Translations under genes and position numbers: made by a program | NCBI RefSeq assembly: GCF_007748075.1 | Contig: NZ_CP036280.1 | Span: 3,420,001-3,452,000 of the forward strand | Direction: 5' to 3' | DNA: 32,000 bases | Origin: Mucisphaera calidilacus | GTDB taxonomy: Bacteria > Planctomycetota > Phycisphaerae > Phycisphaerales > Phycisphaeraceae | Shown: piece after piece, positions 9,807 through 18,233 of the stretch | Position numbering within the stretch: the stretch's first letter is position 1 | Layout: each line of letters opens with the position of its first letter | The notes under the pieces: generated by a model | Database searches by the model: none | What the model was told of the DNA's origin: nothing | What the model saw: only the letters and a program-made list of their open reading frames with translations

Positions 9807-10184
9807 GGCTGCCTTGCTCCATAATCTTTGGCGGCAGTACAGTTGCATCATAGACCTGCCAGCGGTCCACCATCGGCCGATAGAGATCCCTGAAATGGAT
9901 CCACCCCTGACGATGCCGCCTCCGAATCAACCCCTCTGACCCGCCGCGACACACGCCCTGATTCGCGACGCCATAATCCGCATAGCCGCCATGTTCGCCG
10001 TCTCCGGCTCAAAAGGCGACAGCCCAGCGGCAATCAAATCCGCATTGATAAACACCCGCGACACAGACTCCGTCCGCAGATAGTCACGGGCAAACGTCGT
10101 CTTGCCGGCACCATTCGGACCCGCGATGATCAGGGCGTGTGGACGCATCTCACGCTCCATGGTACGCCGACGCAGCATCACCAA
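9793..10184 (-). pseudogene. Zeta-toxin/COG4185-type P-loop kinase, internally deleted and frameshifted
   Basis: The N-terminal 85 aa (listed ORF 9927..10184: [20 protein letters not shown]...[18 protein letters not shown]...) stop at a TGA near 9927-9929. A different frame continues from about 9930 as [45 protein letters not shown], which is the conserved C-terminus of the family. About 55-60 residues of the central core (the ETTLSG region through the GGH region) are missing. Confidence 0.65.
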
Positions 10185-10208
10185 CCATCACGCCCTCGGA
10201 GCCCTCCT

Positions 10209-10877
10209 GTGCCCCCCAACGGCCTCCAACTCCTCAACCTCCAGCCCGAACACTTCGAGGCGCTCCAGCAACTCCAGATCGACTGCTACCCCACACTCGA
10301 CCCACGCGAACTCATGCGCATCGAACACTTCGAAGCACAGCTCACACGCTTCCCCCAGGGACAGTTCGTCGCCATCCTCCCCGACCAGCCCGGACTACGG
10401 AACGCACCCCTCACAACCCAGGGACGCCTCGTCGGACAGGCCTCAGGCTTCTTCATCGACTTCGACTTCAACAACCCCGGGCACACCTTCCTCCAGATCG
10501 TCGACAACAACCGCTTCGGCAACCACGACCCCCAAGGCAGCTACTACTACGACGCCGACGTCTCCACACACCCCGACGCTCGCGGCCGGGGCATCGGCAC
10601 CGCCCTCTACAACGCCCGCAAAACACTCGTCCGACAACACCACAAAAAAGGCATCGTCGGCGGCGGACTCATCCCCGGCTACGCCCGACACAAACACACC
10701 CTCTCGCCCCACGACTACGTCCGGAGCGTCATCGACGGCCAACGCACCGACCCCACCCTCAGCTTCCACCTGCGCAACGGATTCAGAGTCCGTGGCCTCC
10801 TCCGCGACTACCTCATCGACGACGCCAGCGACAACTGGGCCACCCTCATCGAATGGACCAACGACCCGAAGACCTAA
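10209..10877 (+). CDS. GNAT family N-acetyltransferase
   Basis: Acetyl-CoA binding core DVSTHPDARGRGIGTALYNARKTLV, with the C-terminal DPTLSFHLRNGFRVRGLLRDYL. GTG 10209 is preceded by ggag (10198-10201). The listed ORF start at 10137 would overlap the divergent toxin remnant. Confidence 0.75.
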   Translation: MPPNGLQLLNLQPEHFEALQQLQIDCYPTLDPRELMRIEHFEAQLTRFPQGQFVAILPDQPGLRNAPLTTQGRLVGQASGFFIDFDFNNPGHTFLQIVDNNRFGNHDPQGSYYYDADVSTHPDARGRGIGTALYNARKTLVRQHHKKGIVGGGLIPGYARHKHTLSPHDYVRSVIDGQRTDPTLSFHLRNGFRVRGLLRDYLIDDASDNWATLIEWTNDPKT

Positions 10878-11758
10878 GGATCCACCCGCTCTACCCCATA
10901 CGTCCTCGCCTCAGGATCAAACCTGAACCGATACGTCCCCGCCTCACGGATCACCGCGATGATGTTCTCATCATTCACCGCGCCAACCGCCTCCAGCGGA
11001 AGCTCAACCCGATCAAGATCCCCGTCGCCAAGCGACAAATCCCAGTCTCCGTTCGCCACAAACTTGAACCGGATCACCCGCGGCCCATCAAACGTGATCA
11101 ACGCCACCCACACATCACCCGACCGCTCCGCAGGATTCGCCTCCAGATCCCAGTCGTTGAAATCCCCCGCCACCGAGGCTCGCGTCACCACCGGAACACC
11201 CTCAGCCTCCGCCGCCTCAACAGGCATCAAACTCAGATACAGCCCCAGACCCATCGCGACCACCGCGAGAATGCCCCCCGCAGCGACCGTCGCACTCCGG
11301 CCGGGGGACGACAGCCTCAGGCTGCCCGCAACTACCTGATCCACCGAGAAACGACCCCCGCCCAGCACCACAAAAGGCAGAATCAGCCAGAAGTACACCT
11401 GCGTAATGTGCATCCCCGTCCAAGGCAGCACGCCATGAAACCCAAAGGCCGCCACCCCCATCGTGAACGCCAGCAACACCGCCGCCGGACGCGTCAGCAA
11501 CCCCATCGCCAGCAGGATTCCGCCTACAAATTCGCTGTAGCACGCGCACCACGCGAAAAACCCGGGAGCCGGGAAGCCGATCGTCGTCACCTGATCCACC
11601 ATCCAGACAGGCACAGGCAGCTTGTCATATCCCGCGATCGCCATCGTGACCCCTGCGAACACCCGGCCCCCCAGCAACAGCACGTCCGCCAAAACCGGAA
11701 CACTCACCGGCGAAAACAGCCCCTGAACTGTCAATAAAGGGTTAATTTTGCCGTGCAT
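10874..11758 (-). CDS. DoxX-family membrane protein fused to a C-terminal CBM48/E-set-like carbohydrate-binding domain
   Basis: The N-terminal 150 aa or so are DoxX-like helices (GRVFAGVTMAIAGYDKL, CYSEFVGGILLAMGLLTRPAAVLLAFTM). One further TM helix follows. The C-terminal 100 aa or so carry VAGDFNDWD...WVALITF...FKFVANGDWD, typical of glycogen-binding CBM48/AMPK-beta-like modules. ATG 11758 is preceded by ggagga with a 7-nt spacer. Confidence 0.75.
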   Translation of the reverse strand: MHGKINPLLTVQGLFSPVSVPVLADVLLLGGRVFAGVTMAIAGYDKLPVPVWMVDQVTTIGFPAPGFFAWCACYSEFVGGILLAMGLLTRPAAVLLAFTMGVAAFGFHGVLPWTGMHITQVYFWLILPFVVLGGGRFSVDQVVAGSLRLSSPGRSATVAAGGILAVVAMGLGLYLSLMPVEAAEAEGVPVVTRASVAGDFNDWDLEANPAERSGDVWVALITFDGPRVIRFKFVANGDWDLSLGDGDLDRVELPLEAVGAVNDENIIAVIREAGTYRFRFDPEARTYGVERVDP

Positions 11759-11863
11759 TCAATTTTCCTCCAGGCCCCGACCCGCCAAACCTCAAAACAA
11801 ATCCCCGGCCCAAGTAAACAATGTTCACTCAAAAAAAGACTCAAAATCAGCGTCTATTCGCCC

Positions 11864-11891
11864 TTGCAAAGCGATGCGTGCGTGCTATTAT
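11864..11891 (+). promoter_or_regulatory. Sigma70-like promoter (TTGCAA-16 nt-TATTAT) with no downstream protein gene
   Basis: -35 TTGCAA at 11864-11869 and -10 TATTAT at 11886-11891, with a 16-nt spacer. It sits in an AT-rich spacer and points at the hairpins and terminator listed next. Confidence 0.3.
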
Positions 11892-11896
11892 ACATG

Positions 11897-11985
11897 TGGA
11901 TTCGGGAAGAATCCTATTTATCCAAATCCCCTTGCCCCCGGAAGGGCTCGGCTTGGCTTCATGCCTTGCCGGGCCTTTTTTTATT
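11897..11985 (+). ncRNA. Candidate small RNA (about 85-90 nt) of unrecognised family
   Basis: The transcript predicted from the promoter above has three elements. Hairpin 1 is GGATTC-gggaa-GAATCC (11898-11914). Hairpin 2 is weak, CCCTT-N8-AAGGG (about 11929-11946). The third is a strong intrinsic terminator (11945-11985). No plus-strand CDS lies upstream that it could serve. I could not match it to a known RNA family by eye. Confidence 0.3.
11945..11985 (+). terminator. Rho-independent terminator, plus-strand orientation
   Basis: Stem GGCTCGGC (11945-11952) pairs with GCCGGGCC (11968-11975): 8 bp including one G-U. A further GGC/GCC 3-bp extension sits above a 2x2 internal loop. TTTTTTTATT follows at 11976-11985. 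On the minus strand the same hairpin has no U-tract after it, so it is not the queD terminator. Confidence 0.6.
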
Positions 11986-12023
11986 GGGTCAAATCACCCA
12001 TTGATGAATCCCAGCCGCCTGAC

Positions 12024-12437
12024 CTAGCTGAATGACGCCGCAGGCCGATACGTCGCCGTACAGCCCGGTGCCTCCGTCGTCGAAACCGATTCCACCGCAA
12101 CACCCTCAGGCAACGCCTCCGCCAGACACGTCCCGATGTGCCACACCACCCGCTCCGCCGTCGGATTCACGCCCGAATCCTTAAACGGCACGCACTCATT
12201 CAAATGAGCGTTCCGCCACGGCCTCAGAATCTCACCCAGCACCGCCTGCAGGTCGTGAAAATCCATCACCGCCTGCATCCGGTCCAGATCCACCGTCGCC
12301 ACCGTCACCGCGACCTCCCAGTTGTGGCCGTGAAGCGGCTCCACCTCGCCATTCGCCAACCGCAGAGCATGCGACGCCGCAAACGCGTCCGTCACCGTGA
12401 TGCTGTACACAGGCTTGCCGCCCTCGCCATCAGTCAT
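12024..12437 (-). CDS. 6-carboxytetrahydropterin synthase / 6-pyruvoyl-tetrahydropterin synthase family protein (QueD-like)
   Basis: PTPS-fold motifs: FAASHALRL...EPLHGHNWEVAVTV (the Zn-binding His triad) and VMDFHDL. ATG 12437 is preceded by caggag. Confidence 0.8.
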   Translation of the reverse strand: MTDGEGGKPVYSITVTDAFAASHALRLANGEVEPLHGHNWEVAVTVATVDLDRMQAVMDFHDLQAVLGEILRPWRNAHLNECVPFKDSGVNPTAERVVWHIGTCLAEALPEGVAVESVSTTEAPGCTATYRPAASFS

Positions 12438-12469
12438 AAGCGTCTCCTGAATGCCTACACTCTCAGTCT

Positions 12470-14443
12470 ATGCCCGAACCAACGCAAGACACACCACAAC
12501 AAGACCCTATCGTCGGCATTGACCTCGGCACCAGCCACTCTCTCGTCGCGTGGTGTGACGCCGCGGGACCACGCGTCCTCCACCAGCCCGACCACTCGGG
12601 CATCCTCCCGAGCGTCGTCCGCTACAGCGAAAACGGAACCGTCGAGGCCGTAGGCGACCACGCCCGCGCCCACGCCGTCGAATTCCCCGAACGAACCGTC
12701 GCCTCCGTCAAACGACTCATGGGCCGAGGCATCAACGACCTCACCGACGACATCGAAACCCTCCCTTACACCGTCGAACCCGACGACCGCGACACCGTCC
12801 GCATCGCCCTGGGCAGCAAACGGCTCAGCCCCCAGGAAGTCTCCGCCACCATCCTCCGACAACTCAAGACCACCGCCGAGGCCGCCCTCGGCCAAACCGT
12901 CCGCCGAGCCGTCATCACGGTCCCCGCCTACTTCGACGACGCCCAACGCCAGGCCACCCGCGACGCCGGACGCATCGCAGGTCTCGACGTCCTGCGAATC
13001 CTCAACGAACCCACCGCCGCAGCACTCGCCTACAACATCGGCCTCGGCACACCCGCCAATAACCTCGTCAAGCAGACCAAACCCGAAACCGTCACCCTTA
13101 GCACCAAACTCAACCCCGAAGCCTGCGCCGACGACAGCCAACGCTCAACCGAAAAACCCGCCGCCCACGACGAGACCGTCGTCGTCTACGACCTCGGCGG
13201 CGGAACGTTCGACGTCTCCATCCTCCGCATTCGACAGACGCCCGCCGGACTCGTCGACCAGGTCCTCGCCACCGCAGGCGACACACACCTCGGCGGCGAC
13301 GACATCGACCAGACCCTCATCGAACTCTTCCGCCAAGAGATCGCCGAGCAGTTCAACGTCTCCGGCTTCCCCGCCACCACCCGACAGGCCTTCAAACGCC
13401 TCGCCGAACAGACCAAGATCCAACTCTCCCAGGCCGAACACGCCAGCGTCGAGATCGACCTTGGCGACAACCGCGTCTACCAGCGAACCATCCAACGCGA
13501 TGAGTTCGACACCCTCATCACACCCCTCGTCCAGCAGACACTCGACGCCTGCGCCAACGCACAACGCGCCGCCAAACGCGACACCGACCAGATCGACCGC
13601 GTCATCCTCGTCGGCGGCTCCACACGCATCCCCCTCGTCCGATCAAAAGTCGCCGAACACTTCGGCCGCGAACCCTACACCGCCCTCGACCCCGACACCG
13701 TCGTCGCCCTCGGCGCCTCCATCCAGGCCGCCATCCTCGCCGGACTCCGCAAAGACGCCCTCCTCCTCGACGTCGTCCCCCTCTCCCTCGGCATCGAGAC
13801 CATGGGCGGCGCCGTCGCCAAACTCATCGTCGCCAACACCACCATCCCCGCACGAGCCACCGAGTTCTTCTCCACCTACGCCGACAACCAGACAGGCGTC
13901 GATATCAACGTCTACCAGGGCGAACGAGAACTCGTCCAGGACTGCCGGCTCCTCGGCAGATTCCAGCTCAAGGGCATCCCACCCATGCCCGCCGGGCTCC
14001 CCAAGGTCGAAGTCACCTTCCTCGTCGACGCCAACGGCATCCTCTCCGTCGAAGCCGTCGAAAAACGCTCCGAACGACGAGCCGCCATACAGATCATCCC
14101 CAACCACGGACTTACCCGCGAAGAAGTCAGCCAGATGGAAGCCGACGCCCTCGGCCACGCCGCCGCCGACATGACCGCACACCGACTCATCGACCTCCGC
14201 AACCAGGCGCGACTCGACCTCCGCGCCATCGACAAACAACTCGCCAAGGCCGCCGACGACCTCGCCGACGACCAACGCACACGACTCGAAACCAACATCG
14301 CCGCCGTCCGCGAATTCCTCGAAGCCGAACAACCCGACCCCGACGACTTCTACACCGCACTCGACGCCATGGACAAGGCCTCCATACCCCTCGCCGAGAA
14401 AGCCATCGCCCGGACACTCCGCGAGGACGCAGCGCGTGCTTGA
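12470..14443 (+). CDS. Hsp70-family chaperone (HscA/DnaK-like)
   Basis: [71 protein letters not shown] and [13 protein letters not shown] are canonical Hsp70 ATPase motifs. The NSLVA-type N-terminus and SVKRLMGR resemble HscA more than DnaK. No isc genes are nearby. Confidence 0.9.
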   Translation: MPEPTQDTPQQDPIVGIDLGTSHSLVAWCDAAGPRVLHQPDHSGILPSVVRYSENGTVEAVGDHARAHAVEFPERTVASVKRLMGRGINDLTDDIETLPYTVEPDDRDTVRIALGSKRLSPQEVSATILRQLKTTAEAALGQTVRRAVITVPAYFDDAQRQATRDAGRIAGLDVLRILNEPTAAALAYNIGLGTPANNLVKQTKPETVTLSTKLNPEACADDSQRSTEKPAAHDETVVVYDLGGGTFDVSILRIRQTPAGLVDQVLATAGDTHLGGDDIDQTLIELFRQEIAEQFNVSGFPATTRQAFKRLAEQTKIQLSQAEHASVEIDLGDNRVYQRTIQRDEFDTLITPLVQQTLDACANAQRAAKRDTDQIDRVILVGGSTRIPLVRSKVAEHFGREPYTALDPDTVVALGASIQAAILAGLRKDALLLDVVPLSLGIETMGGAVAKLIVANTTIPARATEFFSTYADNQTGVDINVYQGERELVQDCRLLGRFQLKGIPPMPAGLPKVEVTFLVDANGILSVEAVEKRSERRAAIQIIPNHGLTREEVSQMEADALGHAAADMTAHRLIDLRNQARLDLRAIDKQLAKAADDLADDQRTRLETNIAAVREFLEAEQPDPDDFYTALDAMDKASIPLAEKAIARTLREDAARA

Positions 14444-15254
14444 ACGAGTCGAACACCACAACGGCGTCGTCACCTACCAGTCGCCCATCCTCCGCCAGAC
14501 CGGCGCGCCACACGCCTTCACCACACGCATAGGCGGGGCCTCCAAAGGCGACTACACCTCACTCAACCTCGCCATCCCACGCAAAGGCGGCAACGACCCC
14601 AACACCAACATCGCCTGGAACTTCCGACTCCTGCGACAGGCACTCGACCTCAAACGAGCCATCCGACTCGAAGCCATCCAGGACCACGCCGACAACGTCT
14701 ACCTCGACCCCTCGCCCCAACCCCTCCACCCCGATCAACGGCCCCACGCCGACGCCATCATCACCCGATACCCCGGCAAGATGATCACCATCCGCACCGC
14801 CGACTGTGTCCCCATCCTCATCGCAGCACCCGACGCACGCGTCGTCGCAGGCATCCACGCCGGCTGGCGCGGCTTCGTCGCGGGATCCCAGGGCATCATC
14901 CACGCCGCCATCCAACAACTCACCGCGCAACACGACCTCAACCCCGCACAACTCCGCGCCGCCATCGGACCCGCCATCTCCGCCACGCACTACGAGGTCG
15001 GCGAAGAAGTCGCACAAGCCTTCACCCAAGGCGGACACCAACACCACGTCCGACGCGACCTCGGCAGCAAACCACACCTCGACCTCCCCGCCGCCGCCCA
15101 CGACGACCTCACCGCCGCCGGACTCCAACCCCAGTTCATCGACACCACCGACCGATGCACCTTCGCCAACCCCGACGAGTTCTACTCCTACCGACGCGAT
15201 CAGGGCCGCAACGGACAGATGGCCGCCATCATCCTCACACCTCGCGACGCCTGA
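14436..15254 (+). CDS. pgeF: Peptidoglycan editing factor PgeF (YfiH/DUF152 laccase-domain protein)
   Basis: [53 protein letters not shown] and FYSYRRD are the COG1496 signature. The GTG 14436 start overlaps the Hsp70 stop (14441-14443) by 8 nt. Confidence 0.85.
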   Translation: MLERVEHHNGVVTYQSPILRQTGAPHAFTTRIGGASKGDYTSLNLAIPRKGGNDPNTNIAWNFRLLRQALDLKRAIRLEAIQDHADNVYLDPSPQPLHPDQRPHADAIITRYPGKMITIRTADCVPILIAAPDARVVAGIHAGWRGFVAGSQGIIHAAIQQLTAQHDLNPAQLRAAIGPAISATHYEVGEEVAQAFTQGGHQHHVRRDLGSKPHLDLPAAAHDDLTAAGLQPQFIDTTDRCTFANPDEFYSYRRDQGRNGQMAAIILTPRDA

Positions 15255-15816
15255 TCACCCGCGCCGGAACACCGCCCACCACCGCGCCCGCCTCCACATC
15301 ACGAACCACCACCGCGTTCGCGCCGATCACCGCGTCATCACCCACACGCACCGGGCCCAGAATCGCAACCCCGCAACCGATCTCCACGCGAGACCCGATC
15401 ACCGGGTACTGACCCACACGCGCATCATCCAACGCACCGAACGTCGTGTTCTGACGGATCACCGTGTCGTCGCCGATGGAACGCGCCACCAGAATCAGTC
15501 CGCCGAAATGCTCGATCCGCACCCGACGCCCGACCCGCGTCGTGTAAGGCAGATGCACACCCAGAACCCACTCACTCACCACGAACAAAAACCGATACAC
15601 CAGCGTCAGCGGCGCTCGAACCACACGCCACCGAAAACCCATCCGCCAGTTCCCGAAACGATGAATCGCCAACGCCCAGAAACCGTGACAGAACAAACGC
15701 CTGTGATGCGCCCGCAAATCCTCCGCGAGCAACGCAAACAAACCCATCCCCTCAGGATTGGTGTTCCGGTCTCCCGGATCCAACGCAAACTCGGATCGGC
15801 ACGCGTCCTCGCTCAT
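15235..15816 (-). CDS. Serine O-acetyltransferase-like hexapeptide-repeat acyltransferase
   Basis: An N-terminal helical region (LLAEDLRAHH...FWALAIHRFGNW) is followed by left-handed beta-helix repeats (IGDDTVIRQNTTFG, IGSRVEIGCGVAILGPVRVGDDAVIGANAVVVRDV). Its 3' end overlaps convergent pgeF by 20 nt. Confidence 0.75.
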   Translation of the reverse strand: MSEDACRSEFALDPGDRNTNPEGMGLFALLAEDLRAHHRRLFCHGFWALAIHRFGNWRMGFRWRVVRAPLTLVYRFLFVVSEWVLGVHLPYTTRVGRRVRIEHFGGLILVARSIGDDTVIRQNTTFGALDDARVGQYPVIGSRVEIGCGVAILGPVRVGDDAVIGANAVVVRDVEAGAVVGGVPARVIRRREV

Positions 15817-15823
15817 GACCTCA

Positions 15824-16846
15824 TCATCGACGCTCGGGGTAAGTCCCCATCAGGTGAAATGACAACGAATCACGAAGAAAATAGGCCGGGTCCGTCACCG
15901 CCTGACCCAGCAGCAGACACTTGAGCCGACCCAGAACCGTCCCCGTAATCACCGCCGCATCCGCAAACACCTTCTTCAACCACCCATGGTTCTTCAGCCA
16001 GTAAATCCGACGCGCCTCGAACACATACTCAGGCGTGCGCCGCGCTCGACCCACACCCCCACCGCCACGCACCCCCGATACCTGACCCACCAGGTGCACC
16101 ACCCGCGACGCCGGCACATACCAGCAACCAAAACCGGCCAGCCGGCCCTGACGAATCCAGTCCACCTCCTCGTAATACATGAAATACGCCTCGTCCAGCA
16201 GACCCACACGCTCCAGCACCGACCGCCGAACCAACAGGCTCGCACCCGCCACCCAGTCCGTCACAGCCACACGGTCGCTCGCAGGCGGCGCCACACGCCA
16301 CCTCCGCAACAACCACGACACCACACCCAGGTTGATCCGACCCTCAAACTCACTCAGCACCGTCGGAAACCGAAACGCACTCACCTGCACCGTCCCGTCC
16401 GGATCCTCCAGACGTGAACCCGCAAATCCCGCCTCCCCATGCCCCTCCATGAAACGCACCAGCTCCACCACCGCACCCTCACGAATCAACGTATCCGGGT
16501 TCAGCAAGTGCACGTAGTGCGCCTCGCCCAGGTGAGCGTCCGCCCACCGGATCCCCTCGTTGTTCCCGTACGCAAACCCGCCGTTCTTCGGCAAAGGCAA
16601 GATCGTCAGCCACTCCCCCCACCCGTTCTCCTCCCGGGCTTGCTCCAACACCTCAACCGAATCATCACCCGACGCATTGTCCGTCACCACCACACGCAGA
16701 CGACCTCCCACCGCCGACCGGTAACGCTCCACCTCCGGCTCAACCGTCCGCAACGCATCAACCGTCAACGCCGCGCACCGATAATTCACGATCACCGTCA
16801 CCGTGTCCGGAGCCGAACCCTGAACTTGGTCATCACGCTGCGTCAT
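15824..16846 (-). CDS. Family 2 glycosyltransferase
   Basis: GT2 motifs: VTVIVNYRC, VVVTDNASGDDS, LPKNGGFAYGNNEGI, LLNPDTLI. It sits 7 nt upstream of the acetyltransferase gene. Confidence 0.85.
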   Translation of the reverse strand: MTQRDDQVQGSAPDTVTVIVNYRCAALTVDALRTVEPEVERYRSAVGGRLRVVVTDNASGDDSVEVLEQAREENGWGEWLTILPLPKNGGFAYGNNEGIRWADAHLGEAHYVHLLNPDTLIREGAVVELVRFMEGHGEAGFAGSRLEDPDGTVQVSAFRFPTVLSEFEGRINLGVVSWLLRRWRVAPPASDRVAVTDWVAGASLLVRRSVLERVGLLDEAYFMYYEEVDWIRQGRLAGFGCWYVPASRVVHLVGQVSGVRGGGGVGRARRTPEYVFEARRIYWLKNHGWLKKVFADAAVITGTVLGRLKCLLLGQAVTDPAYFLRDSLSFHLMGTYPERR

Positions 16847-16900
16847 CCCCCGACATCATCGGCGATTTACACCCGCCATGACAATCCCCCGCCACACCCA

Positions 16901-18199
16901 TCACCCAAACCAACCCTCGAACACGTCCAGCACCATCGAAAGCTGTTCATCCGTGATCACGTAAGGCGGCATCGTGTACGCATACGTCCCGAACGGCCGC
17001 AGCCACACACCCCGAGCCGCCGCATACGCCTGCAACCCCTTGATCGCTTCCGGATCAAACACCTCCACCACGCCCGTCGCGCCCAGCACACGCGTCGACG
17101 CGATCGCCGGACCCGTCAGAGGCAACAACCGCTCCTGCAACTGCTCCTCGATCTGCGCAATCCGATCCAGATAACCCTCACGCTCAAACACCTCCAGACC
17201 CGCCAACGCCACCGCACACGCCGTCGGATTCCCCATGAACGTCGGACCGTGCATCAACGCGTGCTCCGGATTGTCCGAGTAAAAAGCGTCAAACACCCCC
17301 GGCCGCGTCACCACCGCCGCATGACCCGTGTAACCCGCCGTCAACGCCTTCCCAAGCGTCATCACGTCAGGCACCACACCCGCGTGATCCGCCGCGAACA
17401 TCCGACCCGTCCGGCCCAGACCCGTCGCGATCTCGTCAAAAATCAACAGCAAACCATACGCGTCACACAGCCGACGAGCACCCCGGAGGTACGACGGGCT
17501 GTACATGTTGAAACCGCCCGCCGCCTGCAGGATCGGCTCGCAGATCATCCCCGCCAACTCCGATTCGTGCTCGCGAATCAACCGCTCCAACGCCTCAAGA
17601 TCCTTCTGCACCACCTCCGGCTCGGCATCAAAACCCCCACGCGGCGACGGCGCAAAGTGATGACGCATCAGAATCGGCGCAAACAGATGATGCATCGAAT
17701 CCTCCGGATCCGATACCGCCATCGCACCCGTCGTGTCGCCGTGATAACCCAACCGCAACGCCACCATCTTGTGACGCTGCGGATGCCCCAGGTTCCGGTG
17801 GTACTGCGTCGCGATCTTCAACGCCACCTCCACCGCAACCGAACCCGAATCCGCAAAAAACGTGTGCCGCAGATCGCCAGGCGTGATCGCCGCCAGCTTC
17901 TCCGCCAACCGCTGCGCCGGCTCGTGCGACAACCCCCCAAGCATCACGTGAGGCAAACGATCCACCTGCTCGTGCGCCGCCCGCAGAATCTCCGGATGGT
18001 CATAACCATGAACCACCGCCCACCACGACGACAACCCGTCAATCAGACGCGTCCCGTCCTCCAGCTCAAGCACACAACCCGACGCCGAACGCACGCGGTA
18101 AGGCACACGCGCCAGCTTCATCTGCGCATAAGGCATCCACAACTTCTGATCAGATCGAACCGTCTCAGACGACACAGGGGCTTCCTCACGCTTCACCAC
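16901..18199 (-). CDS. bioA: Adenosylmethionine-8-amino-7-oxononanoate aminotransferase
   Basis: LWMPYAQMK, IDGLSSWWAVVHGYDHPEI, LIFDEIATGLGRTGRMFA, MTLGKALTAGY (PLP lysine) and VWLRPFGTYAYTMPPYVI are BioA-typical. GTG start at 18199. Confidence 0.85.
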   Translation of the reverse strand: MVKREEAPVSSETVRSDQKLWMPYAQMKLARVPYRVRSASGCVLELEDGTRLIDGLSSWWAVVHGYDHPEILRAAHEQVDRLPHVMLGGLSHEPAQRLAEKLAAITPGDLRHTFFADSGSVAVEVALKIATQYHRNLGHPQRHKMVALRLGYHGDTTGAMAVSDPEDSMHHLFAPILMRHHFAPSPRGGFDAEPEVVQKDLEALERLIREHESELAGMICEPILQAAGGFNMYSPSYLRGARRLCDAYGLLLIFDEIATGLGRTGRMFAADHAGVVPDVMTLGKALTAGYTGHAAVVTRPGVFDAFYSDNPEHALMHGPTFMGNPTACAVALAGLEVFEREGYLDRIAQIEEQLQERLLPLTGPAIASTRVLGATGVVEVFDPEAIKGLQAYAAARGVWLRPFGTYAYTMPPYVITDEQLSMVLDVFEGWFG

Positions 18200-18233
18200 A
18201 CCATTCTCCCCTCACCCCGCCTCCCTGTCGAGA

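Noticed and set aside
9848-10033. Listed 61-aa minus-strand ORF overlapping the zeta-toxin remnant.
   Set aside because: It is the third frame across the deletion junction and has no motifs. The other two frames carry the recognisable N- and C-terminal toxin fragments.
11895-11925. Two DnaA-box-like sequences in inverted orientation (aTGTGGATtc at about 11895-11903, TTATCCAaa at about 11917-11925) in an AT-rich spacer. I considered a replication origin.
   Set aside because: Each has 1-2 mismatches to TTATCCACA. There are only two of them. The strand skew does not change sign across this spacer. The first box is part of the GGATTC/GAATCC hairpin.
11748-12035. Three small plus-strand ORFs (95, 83 and 68 aa) in the AT-rich DoxX/queD spacer.
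   Set aside because: They overlap one another in all three frames, lack Shine-Dalgarno sequences and read straight through the intrinsic terminator at 11945-11985. The region is better explained as promoter plus a non-coding transcript.
260-15924. Alternative-frame same-strand ORFs inside plus-strand genes (260..1045, 516..869, 2492..3211, 3803..4267, 8107..9084, 10102..10926, 13461..14174, 14806..15924), and G/E/V/D-rich minus-strand ORFs antisense to plus-strand genes (424..894, 4150..4824, 12455..13141, 13643..14473, 14559..15128).
   Set aside because: They are P/S/T/R-rich or G/D/E/V-rich compositional artefacts that overlap well-supported genes. They have no start context or motifs.
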